Positions 1 through 9,836 are shown, numbered from the stretch's first letter. The stretch: 42,909 bases of DNA from a virus (IMGVR_UViG_3300029822_000863:1-42909); one strand, 5' to 3'. Notes: a model not told the origin generated them from the sequence alone. A program made the numbers and translations.

Positions 1-178
1 CAGAAATGGTGACAACTTACGTTTTATGAGACATTGATTCGTTTACGCAGGTCACTGAAAATCAGTCAAATGTGGCAAACGAACCGTATAAACAATGTAC
101 CACACATCCAATCTGGATGTTTGCATAAGCGAAAATATCAATAAAGAAAATAGAGGAGTAATTAGAGGAGTAATAAAT

Positions 179-805
179 ATGACCTTCAAACTTTCAAACA
201 CCGATATAGAATCTTGGACAGCTACCCAATTTTGGGAAACCGACCCATCGCAGAACGCACACGCAATATGCCGGATATGCATATACGTAGATTGGGAGGC
301 AAAAACGGCAGAAATAGAGACCGTCATGAACACAAACAACACGCCAGGGAGGATATGGCATGGTCTCGCAAGCTGGTATAATCTTCCAGAAGACACCGAT
401 TTCTCACGATTCGGGGCATTCTTCGCTGAAGAAATTCAACCTCTCCTCCAAAAAATCGGGGACTGCTTCAGCTCAAAGTGGGACGGTTCAAACTGGAATG
501 GACATTTCAGTGAGATATCCAACAACACCAAATGGGATCTCAACCAGCTCCTAGTGGGTCGGAATGTCCCACGGCATGACTATAGATATGCATTCTCGCT
601 TGAGGATGAATTCGGCAGCGACCAGAACCTTGTCAACTATCTCGACTTGGATGACATCGACCTCCTCAGCGCAGACCTCAACAATGAGGAAACACTCACG
701 AAAATCATCACAAGCATAGAAGAGGGTGACTGCGTCTTCCCAGGAATGACCAGGGCAGACTACAAAGCCGAACTCAAAGAAATTCAGGCGCGAATGCAGG
801 AGTGA
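179..805 (+). CDS. Hypothetical acidic protein
   Basis: ORF 95..805; ATG at 179 follows a GAGGAG RBS; no recognisable motif. Confidence 0.7.
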   Translation: MTFKLSNTDIESWTATQFWETDPSQNAHAICRICIYVDWEAKTAEIETVMNTNNTPGRIWHGLASWYNLPEDTDFSRFGAFFAEEIQPLLQKIGDCFSSKWDGSNWNGHFSEISNNTKWDLNQLLVGRNVPRHDYRYAFSLEDEFGSDQNLVNYLDLDDIDLLSADLNNEETLTKIITSIEEGDCVFPGMTRADYKAELKEIQARMQE

Positions 806-809
806 TCAA

Positions 810-1073
810 ATGATAAGAACAAGAGATCTAAAAAGACATCAAAAAGCACTTGAATCAGACAAAAAACGAGCATCAGAACTCAGGAAGGAAATCTGCGAAA
901 CACGAGATCAGATAGAAGAACTTGAGGAAAATCTCTTTTCTCTCGAATGCGAACTGGAGCCGACAGTCTCCAGGATATGCGCAGCAGAAAAACAGCAAGA
1001 GGCAGAAGACCAGACAATCTATGCCCGCAACAAACCACGACCAAAATCCGAAGCAAAGCTATCACTCTTCTAA
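810..1073 (+). CDS. Small coiled-coil protein
   Basis: 87 aa, E/K/L heptad-like pattern, tightly packed after the upstream gene. Confidence 0.65.
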   Translation: MIRTRDLKRHQKALESDKKRASELRKEICETRDQIEELEENLFSLECELEPTVSRICAAEKQQEAEDQTIYARNKPRPKSEAKLSLF

Positions 1074-1134
1074 TACTACAGGAAGAAAGAACAACCCCAT
1101 AGAGGGCGATCAAATTCTACGGAGGGTATGATAA

Positions 1135-1395
1135 ATGATAAAAATCTTTTCGACATCGGTATGTCCAAAGTGTAATAGACTTAAAGTGTTACTAGCAAAA
1201 CACGGAATCGAGTTTGAAAGCATCAACGTAGACGACGCAGCGGGACTAACAGAAATGTTTCTTCTCGGAATTGTCACGCGCGATGCTCCGGTGCTTGCTA
1301 ACGGGAACACCGTGCTGTACACGAAAGACATGTTCGTTGGAGGAGTATTGGACGAAGAAAGGGTATTGCGGAGTTGCAATTTCGATGGAGCGTGA
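1135..1395 (+). CDS. Glutaredoxin/NrdH-like redoxin
   Basis: IKIFSTSVCPKCNRLK (CxxC), followed by a cis-Pro-like APVL motif; 86 aa. Confidence 0.85.
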   Translation: MIKIFSTSVCPKCNRLKVLLAKHGIEFESINVDDAAGLTEMFLLGIVTRDAPVLANGNTVLYTKDMFVGGVLDEERVLRSCNFDGA

Positions 1396-1398
1396 ACG

Positions 1399-1512
1399 AT
1401 GCAAACGACTACCGAATGCGAAAACTGCGGAAAAACGATGAAACTAATCGACGGAAAATTCAAAACATACTTCTATTGTACATGCTGCGGAAATTCTGAA
1501 TTGCAACACTGA
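1399..1512 (+). CDS. Zn-ribbon miniprotein (37 aa, not in ORF track)
   Basis: Manual translation MQTTTECENCGKTMKLIDGKFKTYFYCTCCGNSELQH, CxxC-x16-CxxC pattern. Confidence 0.6.
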   Translation: MQTTTECENCGKTMKLIDGKFKTYFYCTCCGNSELQH

Positions 1513-1554
1513 AAAGCATGGGCGTTTTTAAAAAAGAGAAACGTGAAGATTACT

Positions 1555-4425
1555 TCACTTTTTTGATTTTAATTTTGTTGTACGTTTTTCACGTGGGCCC
1601 CCGCCGAAGAAACTGTCCATGTCCCCTAAAGTATTTCGGATCGTTCGCTTCATTCTATACAAATCGCGATCGGTTTCAAGCACACTCTCTGCCTTCTTTC
1701 TCTTTGCTGTTTTTGTAAACGGCTTGCGTTTTGTTTGTCTGAATGTCGGTATACCACCGTCACGCGCCAACGTTTTGGAGTTCAAACCGCGTGGGATTCC
1801 TTTACGCACGGACGTTTTACTCGATATCGGTTTACTCGATGCGGTTTTACTAGATGTGGTTTTACTCGATATCGGTTTACTCGATGTGCTTTTCCGCGAG
1901 GTGGTTTTACTCGATGCGGTTTTACTGGATGTGCTTTTCCGCGATATGGCTTTACTCGATATCGGTTTACTCGATGCGGTTTTACTAGATGTGGTTTTAC
2001 TCGATATCGGTTTACTCGATGCGGTTTTACTGGATGTGCTTTTCCGCGATATGGCTTTACTCGACATCGGTTTACTCGATGCGGTTTTACTAGATGTGGT
2101 TTTACTCGATATCGGTTTACTCGATGCGGTTTTACTAGATGTGGCTTTACTCGATGTGGTTTTACTAGATGTGCTTTTCCGCGAGGTGGTTTTACTCGAT
2201 GCGGTTTTACTAGATGCGGTTTTACTAGATGTGGTTTTACTCGATATCGGTTTACTCGATGTGCTTTTCCGCGATGTGGTTTTACTCGATATCGGTTTAC
2301 TAGATGCACGCTGCCGCTGCGCGCGTGATCGGACACCAATACTCAATGCCCCCCCACCTCCACCACCAGTCGCGGTGCCACCATCCGTCCCACTCGAGTC
2401 ACCTGGCGTCGCGTTTCCGGAAGCTTGTCGCACAAAAGCAGTTTTTGACCGATTGGAGACGCCCTTCGAAATTGTCTTAGAGATATTCACCGGAGTGGAC
2501 GAGAACATCAGCTCGAGATCTTTAGCCGTTCCACCTTTTAAAGCATTTCCGACATCAGCAACGGCTTTTGCGTCTCCAGCCACGAGTTCAGCTATCTCAG
2601 TTTTCGTTGGCAACTTGCCATTGTCTACTATATATTTTACAATGGGGGATTCTAAAATTTCAGGGTGCCGTTTTGCAGCAATTTGAGCATACTGCACCAC
2701 TTCTTTTGATATTCCCACCCGTTTCGTGACCTCGTACGCCGTGCCGATTTCGATGAGGTCCCTGACATCTTTAACTCTGCCCCCATGCATGAGGTCTATC
2801 TTGCCGTCCTTGAGTGTCGTACCGCCTGCGAACTTCCTGGCAGACTGTTCCTGCAGCTTCATCATTTTCACAGAATCTGCTTTTATGGACTCCATACCCT
2901 TGAATCCAAACGCAATGCCTGATTCAGGTCTGTATCCAACTCCCTCTGCCGCCTCTATCGTGCCTTTAGCTGTTTTTTTATGTGAGAATACTTCAATGCC
3001 CTTTTCCCACTTATCATTCATCCTGAACTCGATTTTTGGTGCTGTTTTTTCCCCGGTTATTCTGTAATTCACCCCCTCTTTAAACCCATTCGCGGTTGCA
3101 TTTTTTCTAAACATCGAGACGAACTTATCTACGGAGTTGACAGATATTTCAATGTCTTTTGGTGTCCGTGAAAAGTATCCATCCATCTGCAGTTTCTGTG
3201 GAACTGAACCATAAACTTGAATGTCCCTACCGACAAGTCTTCCTGTTTTGCTGCCATAATCCTTGATTGTTTGCTTTACAATCGGTTTCATATCAGCCGC
3301 GACGTGCGCGCTTAACACCTCAAGCTCTTTGGGCTTTGTTATTGGAGATTTCTGCTTGTACGCAGTTTCCGCGATCTTTTTACCCGCGGCAAAGTAGTCC
3401 TGCTCGAGCTGGTCAAATTGCTTTAACGTCTTCTCGAAGGCTTTCGTGTCCGCTTTAGTGAATGCCTGCACCTGTTTTCCTTCGAGCATCTTTTTGTCTG
3501 CCGACAGTGTGCCTTTTTGGAACTTTCTAGAAGATTTTGAGTACGAGACGATTGGTTTCTTTCCTATCGAGGCAGTATAACCAAGGTTTATATCCCGCAC
3601 TGCAGCAGCTTCTCCTGGAGTGACCTCTTGAAGCTTCGTGGATCTAACATGAATTGGGTTGATTTTTTTAACGCCCCTGCCTAAACCTTCCATGAACGCG
3701 AGACTGGTTGCGAATCTTATGGGATCGGACGTCACGGATTTTGATATCATACCCGCGCCTATCGGCATTGACGGGAGTATAGTTTTTGGTTTCTGAGCCC
3801 ATCGCTCAACCCCCTTCGATACCCCACCGACCATCGATGGCATGTCGGTAACATCATACACACCTTTCACAACCGAACCAACGACCGGGAGACTATCAGT
3901 CACACGCACCGCCGCGTCTTTTCTCGTCACCCTCCCAAGATAAGCAGACGCGGCTTTTCCGCGATCATCCAGCCACTCGGATGCCTTCGAGTACTCAAAT
4001 TCGCGCTTAGGTTTGTACGAATCAACAACGTCCTGCATTGGACGGCTCAATTCCTCGCCTGTAGCCAGTCGCTTTCCCGCGTCGTATAACAGACTAGCTT
4101 TCTGGACAGCCGTGTATTTTTTCGCGTTCGTTTGTATCTGGGACGGGGCACGTCTGGCGCGTTCCGCTTCCACTGCGCGCACCTGGGTGGACAATCTCTG
4201 ATCTTGCTGCCGGTATGCAGATGAGCCACCCGGTGTTTGTGACCAACTCGCGTTGCGCGCCGCCTGCGCTTTCTGCACTTCCCGCTGTCTCGCATAGTTT
4301 GACCCGGACGAACTGCCTACCACCCCACCGGACGCATTCCGGCTAGCTGTCGTTTTTGCAGCATGCCCGCCGCGTGCCTCCGATAGCGACACGTGCGTTT
4401 TTCCTGAGCTATCGACGTATGCCAT
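1555..4425 (-). CDS. 956-aa basic protein with a putative AbiEii/MenT-like nucleotidyltransferase domain and an S/K/T repeat tail
   Basis: Long ORF with RBS; motifs VYGS-x11-RTPKDIEI, GIEVF and GRVKDVRDL; 33 pentapeptide repeats near the C-terminus. Confidence 0.85.
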   Translation of the reverse strand: MAYVDSSGKTHVSLSEARGGHAAKTTASRNASGGVVGSSSGSNYARQREVQKAQAARNASWSQTPGGSSAYRQQDQRLSTQVRAVEAERARRAPSQIQTNAKKYTAVQKASLLYDAGKRLATGEELSRPMQDVVDSYKPKREFEYSKASEWLDDRGKAASAYLGRVTRKDAAVRVTDSLPVVGSVVKGVYDVTDMPSMVGGVSKGVERWAQKPKTILPSMPIGAGMISKSVTSDPIRFATSLAFMEGLGRGVKKINPIHVRSTKLQEVTPGEAAAVRDINLGYTASIGKKPIVSYSKSSRKFQKGTLSADKKMLEGKQVQAFTKADTKAFEKTLKQFDQLEQDYFAAGKKIAETAYKQKSPITKPKELEVLSAHVAADMKPIVKQTIKDYGSKTGRLVGRDIQVYGSVPQKLQMDGYFSRTPKDIEISVNSVDKFVSMFRKNATANGFKEGVNYRITGEKTAPKIEFRMNDKWEKGIEVFSHKKTAKGTIEAAEGVGYRPESGIAFGFKGMESIKADSVKMMKLQEQSARKFAGGTTLKDGKIDLMHGGRVKDVRDLIEIGTAYEVTKRVGISKEVVQYAQIAAKRHPEILESPIVKYIVDNGKLPTKTEIAELVAGDAKAVADVGNALKGGTAKDLELMFSSTPVNISKTISKGVSNRSKTAFVRQASGNATPGDSSGTDGGTATGGGGGGALSIGVRSRAQRQRASSKPISSKTTSRKSTSSKPISSKTTSSKTASSKTASSKTTSRKSTSSKTTSSKATSSKTASSKPISSKTTSSKTASSKPMSSKAISRKSTSSKTASSKPISSKTTSSKTASSKPISSKAISRKSTSSKTASSKTTSRKSTSSKPISSKTTSSKTASSKPISSKTSVRKGIPRGLNSKTLARDGGIPTFRQTKRKPFTKTAKRKKAESVLETDRDLYRMKRTIRNTLGDMDSFFGGGPREKRTTKLKSKK
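1810..2304 (-). repeat. Coding tandem repeat, 33 x 15 bp (S-[SR]-K-[PTAS]-[ITAMS])
   Basis: Units such as TTTACTCGATATCGG, TTTACTAGATGTGGT and TTTTCCGCGA... counted from the translation, in frame with 1555..4425. Confidence 0.95.
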
Positions 4426-4440
4426 ATTGACGCCCCAACG

Positions 4441-4710
4441 TTACGCCTTTTTGATGCTCAATTTTGCGGTCGGTGCACTGGACTTCACGAGTTTATACGT
4501 TTTGTCCTTATCTGCGGCCGTGCACCCGACACGCAGGCTCGCTGTGAATTTATATCCAGCCACGAGCTTCTTTATCGGTGATGTTGTCGCACTCCCAATC
4601 TTTGATACTTTGGCTCGGTGCAGCGTAGCTTCGCGTTTGGTTTTGAACGGGCCATAATCAAACGATGCAGTTATAATGTAGTCAATCGATATATTCTGTT
4701 TATTTGCCAT
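4441..4710 (-). CDS. Small basic protein, possible DNA-binding virion protein
   Basis: 89 aa, K-rich, has its own GAGGAG RBS and an upstream TATA-like element. Confidence 0.7.
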   Translation of the reverse strand: MANKQNISIDYIITASFDYGPFKTKREATLHRAKVSKIGSATTSPIKKLVAGYKFTASLRVGCTAADKDKTYKLVKSSAPTAKLSIKKA

Positions 4711-4842
4711 ATGATCTCCTCTTTATTAATCCCCAAAAAAACATAACATTATAGTAATATTAGTCAGTCAATCTATAAAAACGTAACGTAATGCAGTTGC
4801 AAAACTGCAGTGGTAAAAGAGACAAGCAAAAAAAACAACTCG

Positions 4843-5457
4843 TTAGAATTGCCCTAACGAGTAATCGGAATCGACAACTGACTCAGGCGGAACACCACCG
4901 TCATCCACTGTGAAAAATGTGTTTTCGCGTTGTTTTATCACGGGGAAGAATATGTACAGCAGAGTCGTTAGGAATGCTGGTAGCATTAGCGTATAATACA
5001 TCAGCTTGACACAGAAGTGCCGGAAACCAGAAGATTCCCACACTTCAGACACATTGACGATTGCACTTGCATCCAATGCCCCAGTAATTGCGTCGGCCGC
5101 AATACCCACGCCATACACGAGGAACGTCGATATGACAATTCCAATTACCATCATGAACAGATACTCGAAATACAGTTGGGCGGGTATCTCAGACCCCTTC
5201 GATCGCTCGAATGCATATATAATCAACCCGGCGATGACGAAAAATGGGGCGGCCTTCCACATATCAAGCATTGTTTCAAATGCATTTTTTGTATCATCGG
5301 ACACGACGCCGTCGGCAATCATTGCATTAAACCCATCGATCGGGACATTGAACGAAGTTGAAAACACGATGTACATCAACCCGAAAACGAAAAACGCCGT
5401 CCCCAACACGAGGATTATCATAGACCCCGCAGTTTCGTCCGAATCAAATTTTTTCAT
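4843..5457 (-). CDS. Multi-pass membrane protein
   Basis: About four hydrophobic segments; likely start MKKF at 5457. Confidence 0.75.
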   Translation of the reverse strand: MKKFDSDETAGSMIILVLGTAFFVFGLMYIVFSTSFNVPIDGFNAMIADGVVSDDTKNAFETMLDMWKAAPFFVIAGLIIYAFERSKGSEIPAQLYFEYLFMMVIGIVISTFLVYGVGIAADAITGALDASAIVNVSEVWESSGFRHFCVKLMYYTLMLPAFLTTLLYIFFPVIKQRENTFFTVDDGGVPPESVVDSDYSLGQF

Positions 5458-5470
5458 TGCATCCACCCAC

Positions 5471-5923
5471 TCAAACGAACATGTCAACGAGGCTCTTTCG
5501 GGCGCGAGCCGACACAGCCATCCTGACGACCTTGGTTTTCGATTTCGCCTTGTCGATGCCTGCCTTCACCGATGTTTTGAGCGGGGCGCGCGTTGTTTTC
5601 GGCTTCGGCTTAACCTCGGATAATTTTTTCGCCTTCCTGACCATCCCTGCGCGGATGTCAGCAGTCGGTATCAATTTCGATTCACAAATCGCGAAAACGT
5701 CATCGAACGACAACGATTTTGCAAGTTTGCGCACGATAGACGCTTTTTTCTTATACGCGACCATTTTTTCTGTGTCGTAATCATAATAGACGAGTTTGAT
5801 TTTCCGACGCTTTGCAATTGCCCTGAGCGAATCTACACTAACCCGGTCAAGCATTTTACGCTTTGCGTCGTTCTCGTTTTTAGCAAGCTTCACGTCTCGG
5901 ACAAAATTTCCCACCGTACCCAT
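5471..5923 (-). CDS. Basic protein with a HeH/Rho-N-like motif and K-rich tail
   Basis: SVDSLRAIAKRRKIKL motif; 150 aa, very basic; GGTGA RBS. Confidence 0.7.
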   Translation of the reverse strand: MGTVGNFVRDVKLAKNENDAKRKMLDRVSVDSLRAIAKRRKIKLVYYDYDTEKMVAYKKKASIVRKLAKSLSFDDVFAICESKLIPTADIRAGMVRKAKKLSEVKPKPKTTRAPLKTSVKAGIDKAKSKTKVVRMAVSARARKSLVDMFV

Positions 5924-6148
5924 GTTATATCACCTAATACTATATTAGGCGCCCAAATTAGAAATAGTTTTCCACCGTCGACACTAAAGTCAACCACCGC
6001 ACACCACATCCAAAGACTGACGTTGATATCGAAAGCAAAGTTATGTAGTTCTATGACAGTTCACGGCGTTAACTTAAAAAAATCGAAAAAAAGTTATTTT
6101 TACGATATGGCTATATACAAACCCCGACATTGACAGGGAACCGGAACT

Positions 6149-7111
6149 TCATGCAAACCCCGCGGACACTTTCTTAGCATACCCGTAGTTCTCTCCGTTG
6201 GCTTCACATGCCGATTTCAACGACGGATATATGCCAGCTTCGACGTCGCGCATGAGCTCCTGAATACGCGCCTTTTTGGTAACTTTTTGTGGAACCTTTG
6301 AATTCGCGCCGGAACCACCCGAAGAACTTTTATCAACCATACCATCTAGAATTGTCTCAATGTTAGCCAATTGGAGCTTGCGCAACTGGATTTGTCGAAT
6401 CCGCTCATATACTTCCTCGAGTTCGTTCGGGCATTTTCCGAAACATACTTTATTGTATATCGCACGCTTTGTTTTCAGGTACGGGAAGATGTTCTTCCTC
6501 GATTGGCTGTTGTACATCTTCTGCACCTCGGTGAGCCGGCCAACGGCAACGGACTTCCCGATCCGCTCCAACTGTTTTGAGAATATCGGTTTGTCCATGA
6601 CGATTTTAAAACGGAGGATGTTTCGCCCCTTCACATCGATCCAATCACTATCCGGAACTGACATGAAGATTATGTTATTGTCAGTCCGCATCGTTTGTAG
6701 GACATCGTTCATCGCTTCGTTTGGCTTGGATTGCCACTTTCGGTTGTTGTATGCAACTCCAAAGTCATCGAACACGAACACGCCATATTTGCTCGTTGGA
6801 CGGCGCATGATGTTGATTGTCCGAAGCACCTGCTCAGGTCCAATGGTCGCGAGATGCCCGATGTTGAAATAGTCAGACGGCACCCCACCGTACTTGGAAG
6901 CAAGCCCAACCGCACACCAACACGCGGTATAGAGAGTCGCATTTGACTTTCCCATACCAGGCTTTCCCTCGAGCAGACAAATGACATTCTGATTTTTTGA
7001 GTGGATGATGATATCGGTAAACACTTCAGCGAGACAGATATTGTCCATCTCGCCGTCCTGTATTACATTGCCCTCGATCCCGCTCAATGACTCATTTTCG
7101 AATTTACCCAT
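6149..7111 (-). CDS. P-loop ATPase (viral morphogenesis/packaging type) with possible C-terminal HTH
   Basis: Walker A GKPGMGKS, Walker B GVFVFDD; lies among membrane protein genes. Confidence 0.85.
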   Translation of the reverse strand: MGKFENESLSGIEGNVIQDGEMDNICLAEVFTDIIIHSKNQNVICLLEGKPGMGKSNATLYTACWCAVGLASKYGGVPSDYFNIGHLATIGPEQVLRTINIMRRPTSKYGVFVFDDFGVAYNNRKWQSKPNEAMNDVLQTMRTDNNIIFMSVPDSDWIDVKGRNILRFKIVMDKPIFSKQLERIGKSVAVGRLTEVQKMYNSQSRKNIFPYLKTKRAIYNKVCFGKCPNELEEVYERIRQIQLRKLQLANIETILDGMVDKSSSGGSGANSKVPQKVTKKARIQELMRDVEAGIYPSLKSACEANGENYGYAKKVSAGFA

Positions 7112-7700
7112 TTCCCTCAGCCTCTTTTTTAGCTTGTTTAAGCGATTCCTCTTTCTGTTTTATCCGCCCTTCGGTTGCCTTAATTTCGTCAATCGCATCT
7201 TTCATGGACGCTTCGAGTGTCCCGGTCTTGTCGATTGCAAACGCTGCGGTGCATTCGAATATACCGAAATTCATCGCCTTCTTTTTTAAGTCTTCGTTCG
7301 TGACTTCCATTACAATCTGCTTTTTCTTCAACCCAAGAAATGGGTCAAACTCCTCGAAACATTTCGCAATCATTTTAATATTTTCACGGAATATCAGTTT
7401 ATTCGCGCGCTTTACGTCGCTTTTACACTCTTTATTTATCGCGTCAATCTTATCGTCACGCAGATCGAGCAGATTAACGCACTTCTTTTCTTCCAACACG
7501 AACGTCGTCAGAAGCATCGTGAGCATATCGATACGCGGATCTGAATATTTCTCATCACCAGACCCACCTGCGGTCTGCAAAACGTTGTTTATAGCATCCA
7601 CAACGTTGTACATGCGCTGCAGATGCTGATCTTTGACGACGAATTGCCTGTCATCAGTCGTGTACGTTTTTGTTCCAGTTTCTTTATTGATCGAAGGCAT
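7104..7700 (-). CDS. Hypothetical protein
   Basis: 198 aa, overlap-coupled in the ATPase operon. Confidence 0.7.
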   Translation of the reverse strand: MPSINKETGTKTYTTDDRQFVVKDQHLQRMYNVVDAINNVLQTAGGSGDEKYSDPRIDMLTMLLTTFVLEEKKCVNLLDLRDDKIDAINKECKSDVKRANKLIFRENIKMIAKCFEEFDPFLGLKKKQIVMEVTNEDLKKKAMNFGIFECTAAFAIDKTGTLEASMKDAIDEIKATEGRIKQKEESLKQAKKEAEGNG

Positions 7701-8053
7701 TACAATTTCACCAATCCCATATTTTTCAGAACAACCGTGGTATCATCAAACAATTTCAACGAATCGGTATAAAACCGAGCGGGGGCATCAGAACTCGGAA
7801 ACGATACAGTTTGCCAAGCCTCTATTTTTTTAGACAGGTCCTCGTCGAATCCTTCTTTTATCCGCACAAGATAGTACATTTCGTAGAAAAGTACTCGGAA
7901 TTGCGTTAGTGATTCCCGCATATCGGATTTCTGCCTGAAATTCATTTGAAGCCGCATCCGAGCGGCGACTTCGCACAAATTCATATATATTTCAGTGAGC
8001 CTAAAAAGTATTGGGGAGTATACGGTGGGGGTAACGTCGCCCACATCAACCAC
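7700..8053 (-). CDS. Hypothetical protein
   Basis: 117 aa, TAATG coupling. Confidence 0.7.
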   Translation of the reverse strand: MVDVGDVTPTVYSPILFRLTEIYMNLCEVAARMRLQMNFRQKSDMRESLTQFRVLFYEMYYLVRIKEGFDEDLSKKIEAWQTVSFPSSDAPARFYTDSLKLFDDTTVVLKNMGLVKL

Positions 8054-8438
8054 CCTTGTTGATTATCATGTAATATATCAGGGGCACCATCAGGATTATG
8101 AGCCCGATGATAACTTTCAACCAATGTTTGTCCATCCAATCAACCTGATCCTTTTTATCACCAAGCTCCTGCAGTGTAAGCAGGTTGTTTACCATATTTC
8201 CCGTGACCCCCACCGTACACAGTTCCGCAGCCTCGGTCAAGTACAACGGCTCACATTTGATTGGCGTACACTCTACTTCTTTTCGGAAGATGATGATCTC
8301 CTCCATCAGACGCTTTGCAGCGAAATCAACCTGCGAATCGTCGACCTCATGTATCTCTGGGATTGCCTTACTCTTCGATTTCGACTTCATCATACTCACC
8401 TTCCTCAAACTCATCCACACCGTCGTACTCGTCTTCAA
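8046..8438 (-). CDS. Membrane-anchored protein (C-terminal TM); start uncertain
   Basis: WLKVIIGLIILMVPLIYYMII hydrophobic segment. Confidence 0.7.
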   Translation of the reverse strand: MKTSTTVWMSLRKVSMMKSKSKSKAIPEIHEVDDSQVDFAAKRLMEEIIIFRKEVECTPIKCEPLYLTEAAELCTVGVTGNMVNNLLTLQELGDKKDQVDWMDKHWLKVIIGLIILMVPLIYYMIINKGG

Positions 8439-9012
8439 TCACATCATCGATTGGCTCAGTCAGGAAAATATCAGGGATCTCATCACCAAACCGCATACTG
8501 TTTTCAATCACAGTCCTGCAGTCGTCGTACAGCGTCTGAGTCCCATTGAACAGCAGACACAGCACTGTCAACTCGCTTGGTATCCAACTGAGCTTTTCAT
8601 TTTCTCGGATTTTTTTGGCGGTCTGCACGAGCGCAGTGGATTCGGTGAACCCAAATGGGAAGAAATGTGGCAGGGGATAATACAGCATTTCAGACCCATA
8701 CAGCTTAGTCCGGGCAGACGGTTTAACCAGATCTGGGTTAACGAGCGTGTAATTGTCATGACTCAGCAGCCCCTTGTTTTTCTGATCCTGCTCACAAATG
8801 AATGGAATCTGTTTGCCCGCGCGATCGACGACCACACCAACCGGATGACTTCCAGCACTTGCGAGAATCGTTGACAGTTTCGAATATCGTTTCAGTTTTC
8901 CTAGTTCATTCCACATATACACCGCAGCGACCGACGATACGACCGCGACGACGGCGAGCACAATATCAATCCACGTAAATGACTGACTACCAGGAACGAT
9001 TGCCATTTTCAC
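8368..9012 (-). CDS. Membrane protein with N-terminal TM and acidic tail
   Basis: IDIVLAVVAVVSSVAAVYMW; D/E-rich C-terminus. Confidence 0.75.
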   Translation of the reverse strand: MKMAIVPGSQSFTWIDIVLAVVAVVSSVAAVYMWNELGKLKRYSKLSTILASAGSHPVGVVVDRAGKQIPFICEQDQKNKGLLSHDNYTLVNPDLVKPSARTKLYGSEMLYYPLPHFFPFGFTESTALVQTAKKIRENEKLSWIPSELTVLCLLFNGTQTLYDDCRTVIENSMRFGDEIPDIFLTEPIDDVIEDEYDGVDEFEEGEYDEVEIEE

Positions 9013-9251
9013 ATACTCTCCATACGTTCATCAATCGCTTCAACGCGGGACGACAGTACATTAATCATATCACTCTGGCGGTATAACACACCAAGTCCAA
9101 GAAACCCCACGGCAAGCATGCAACTCACCATAGGCGCAATCGCATCATCCATGGCACCATGCAACTGCGAAATGCAAACAGTGGCAATACAACAAGATAA
9201 ACTTCCAACACACATTGCACTAGATAAAACCAAATTTAAACGCATACTCAT
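9009..9251 (-). CDS. Small two-TM protein
   Basis: Two hydrophobic segments, ATGA overlap. Confidence 0.65.
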   Translation of the reverse strand: MSMRLNLVLSSAMCVGSLSCCIATVCISQLHGAMDDAIAPMVSCMLAVGFLGLGVLYRQSDMINVLSSRVEAIDERMESM

Positions 9252-9835
9252 CTACCTCCAAACCTTAGGAAACTCCACCTTGACCCAGGCTTCCGCGAAT
9301 CACTCACAACATCAGACGAACGCATCACTTCACTCTGCGTGACACTCCGTGTTCCAATTTCATTATTTATAAGCCGTTCTCTCTTATCACCATATGTTCT
9401 CGATATGTACGCGGTGTACACACCGATGATATATTTTTCCAGTCCCGCGATATTGCAGGACAACAAGTCTTGTTTTGTCGCACTGCAGCATCTCGCAAGT
9501 TCGATGTCTCTCTGTGCGAATATCTGCCGCTTAGTTAGCGGATCGTCGTGTGTGAACTGCCCCAACCTGCGCGGGTTGTTGTTTGCAATGACCTGCTCCT
9601 CGGTGAACAGTGAATATATACACGAATACAGCTCACGTTTGTATCTCGTCGTGAGTGGCAATAACCTCACATAATTTATCACATCATCGCGATACGGGCT
9701 TCTCGACAACGATTTGGCGTACTTCAAACTTTCGTCTGAAAACGACGGACGCTCGGCATTTGACACGCCAAATCCAGCGAAATCGTTTTCATCACCATAC
9801 TCGTACTGATCCCCATCATCACATTCACCAGGCAC
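9248..9835 (-). CDS. Hypothetical protein (start revised to GTG 9835)
   Basis: GGAGG RBS precedes GTG at 9835, directly after the stop of the upstream AbrB-like gene. Confidence 0.65.
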   Translation of the reverse strand: MPGECDDGDQYEYGDENDFAGFGVSNAERPSFSDESLKYAKSLSRSPYRDDVINYVRLLPLTTRYKRELYSCIYSLFTEEQVIANNNPRRLGQFTHDDPLTKRQIFAQRDIELARCCSATKQDLLSCNIAGLEKYIIGVYTAYISRTYGDKRERLINNEIGTRSVTQSEVMRSSDVVSDSRKPGSRWSFLRFGGR

Positions 9836-9836
9836 G

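Noticed and set aside
151-174. 12-bp tandem duplication TAGAGGAGTAAT
   Set aside because: A simple duplication of an RBS; no further structure
1047-1073. C-terminal AKLSLF as a PCNA-interacting motif
   Set aside because: It lacks the conserved Gln and second aromatic residue; too weak to call without homologs
1810-2304. Possible CRISPR array
   Set aside because: Units are contiguous 15-mers with no unique spacers and lie in frame in a gene; no cas genes are present
1619-2686. Long ORFs (355, 197 and 185 aa) in other frames over the 15-bp repeat
   Set aside because: Shadow frames created by a stop-free repeat; only the minus-strand 956-aa frame has an RBS and operon context
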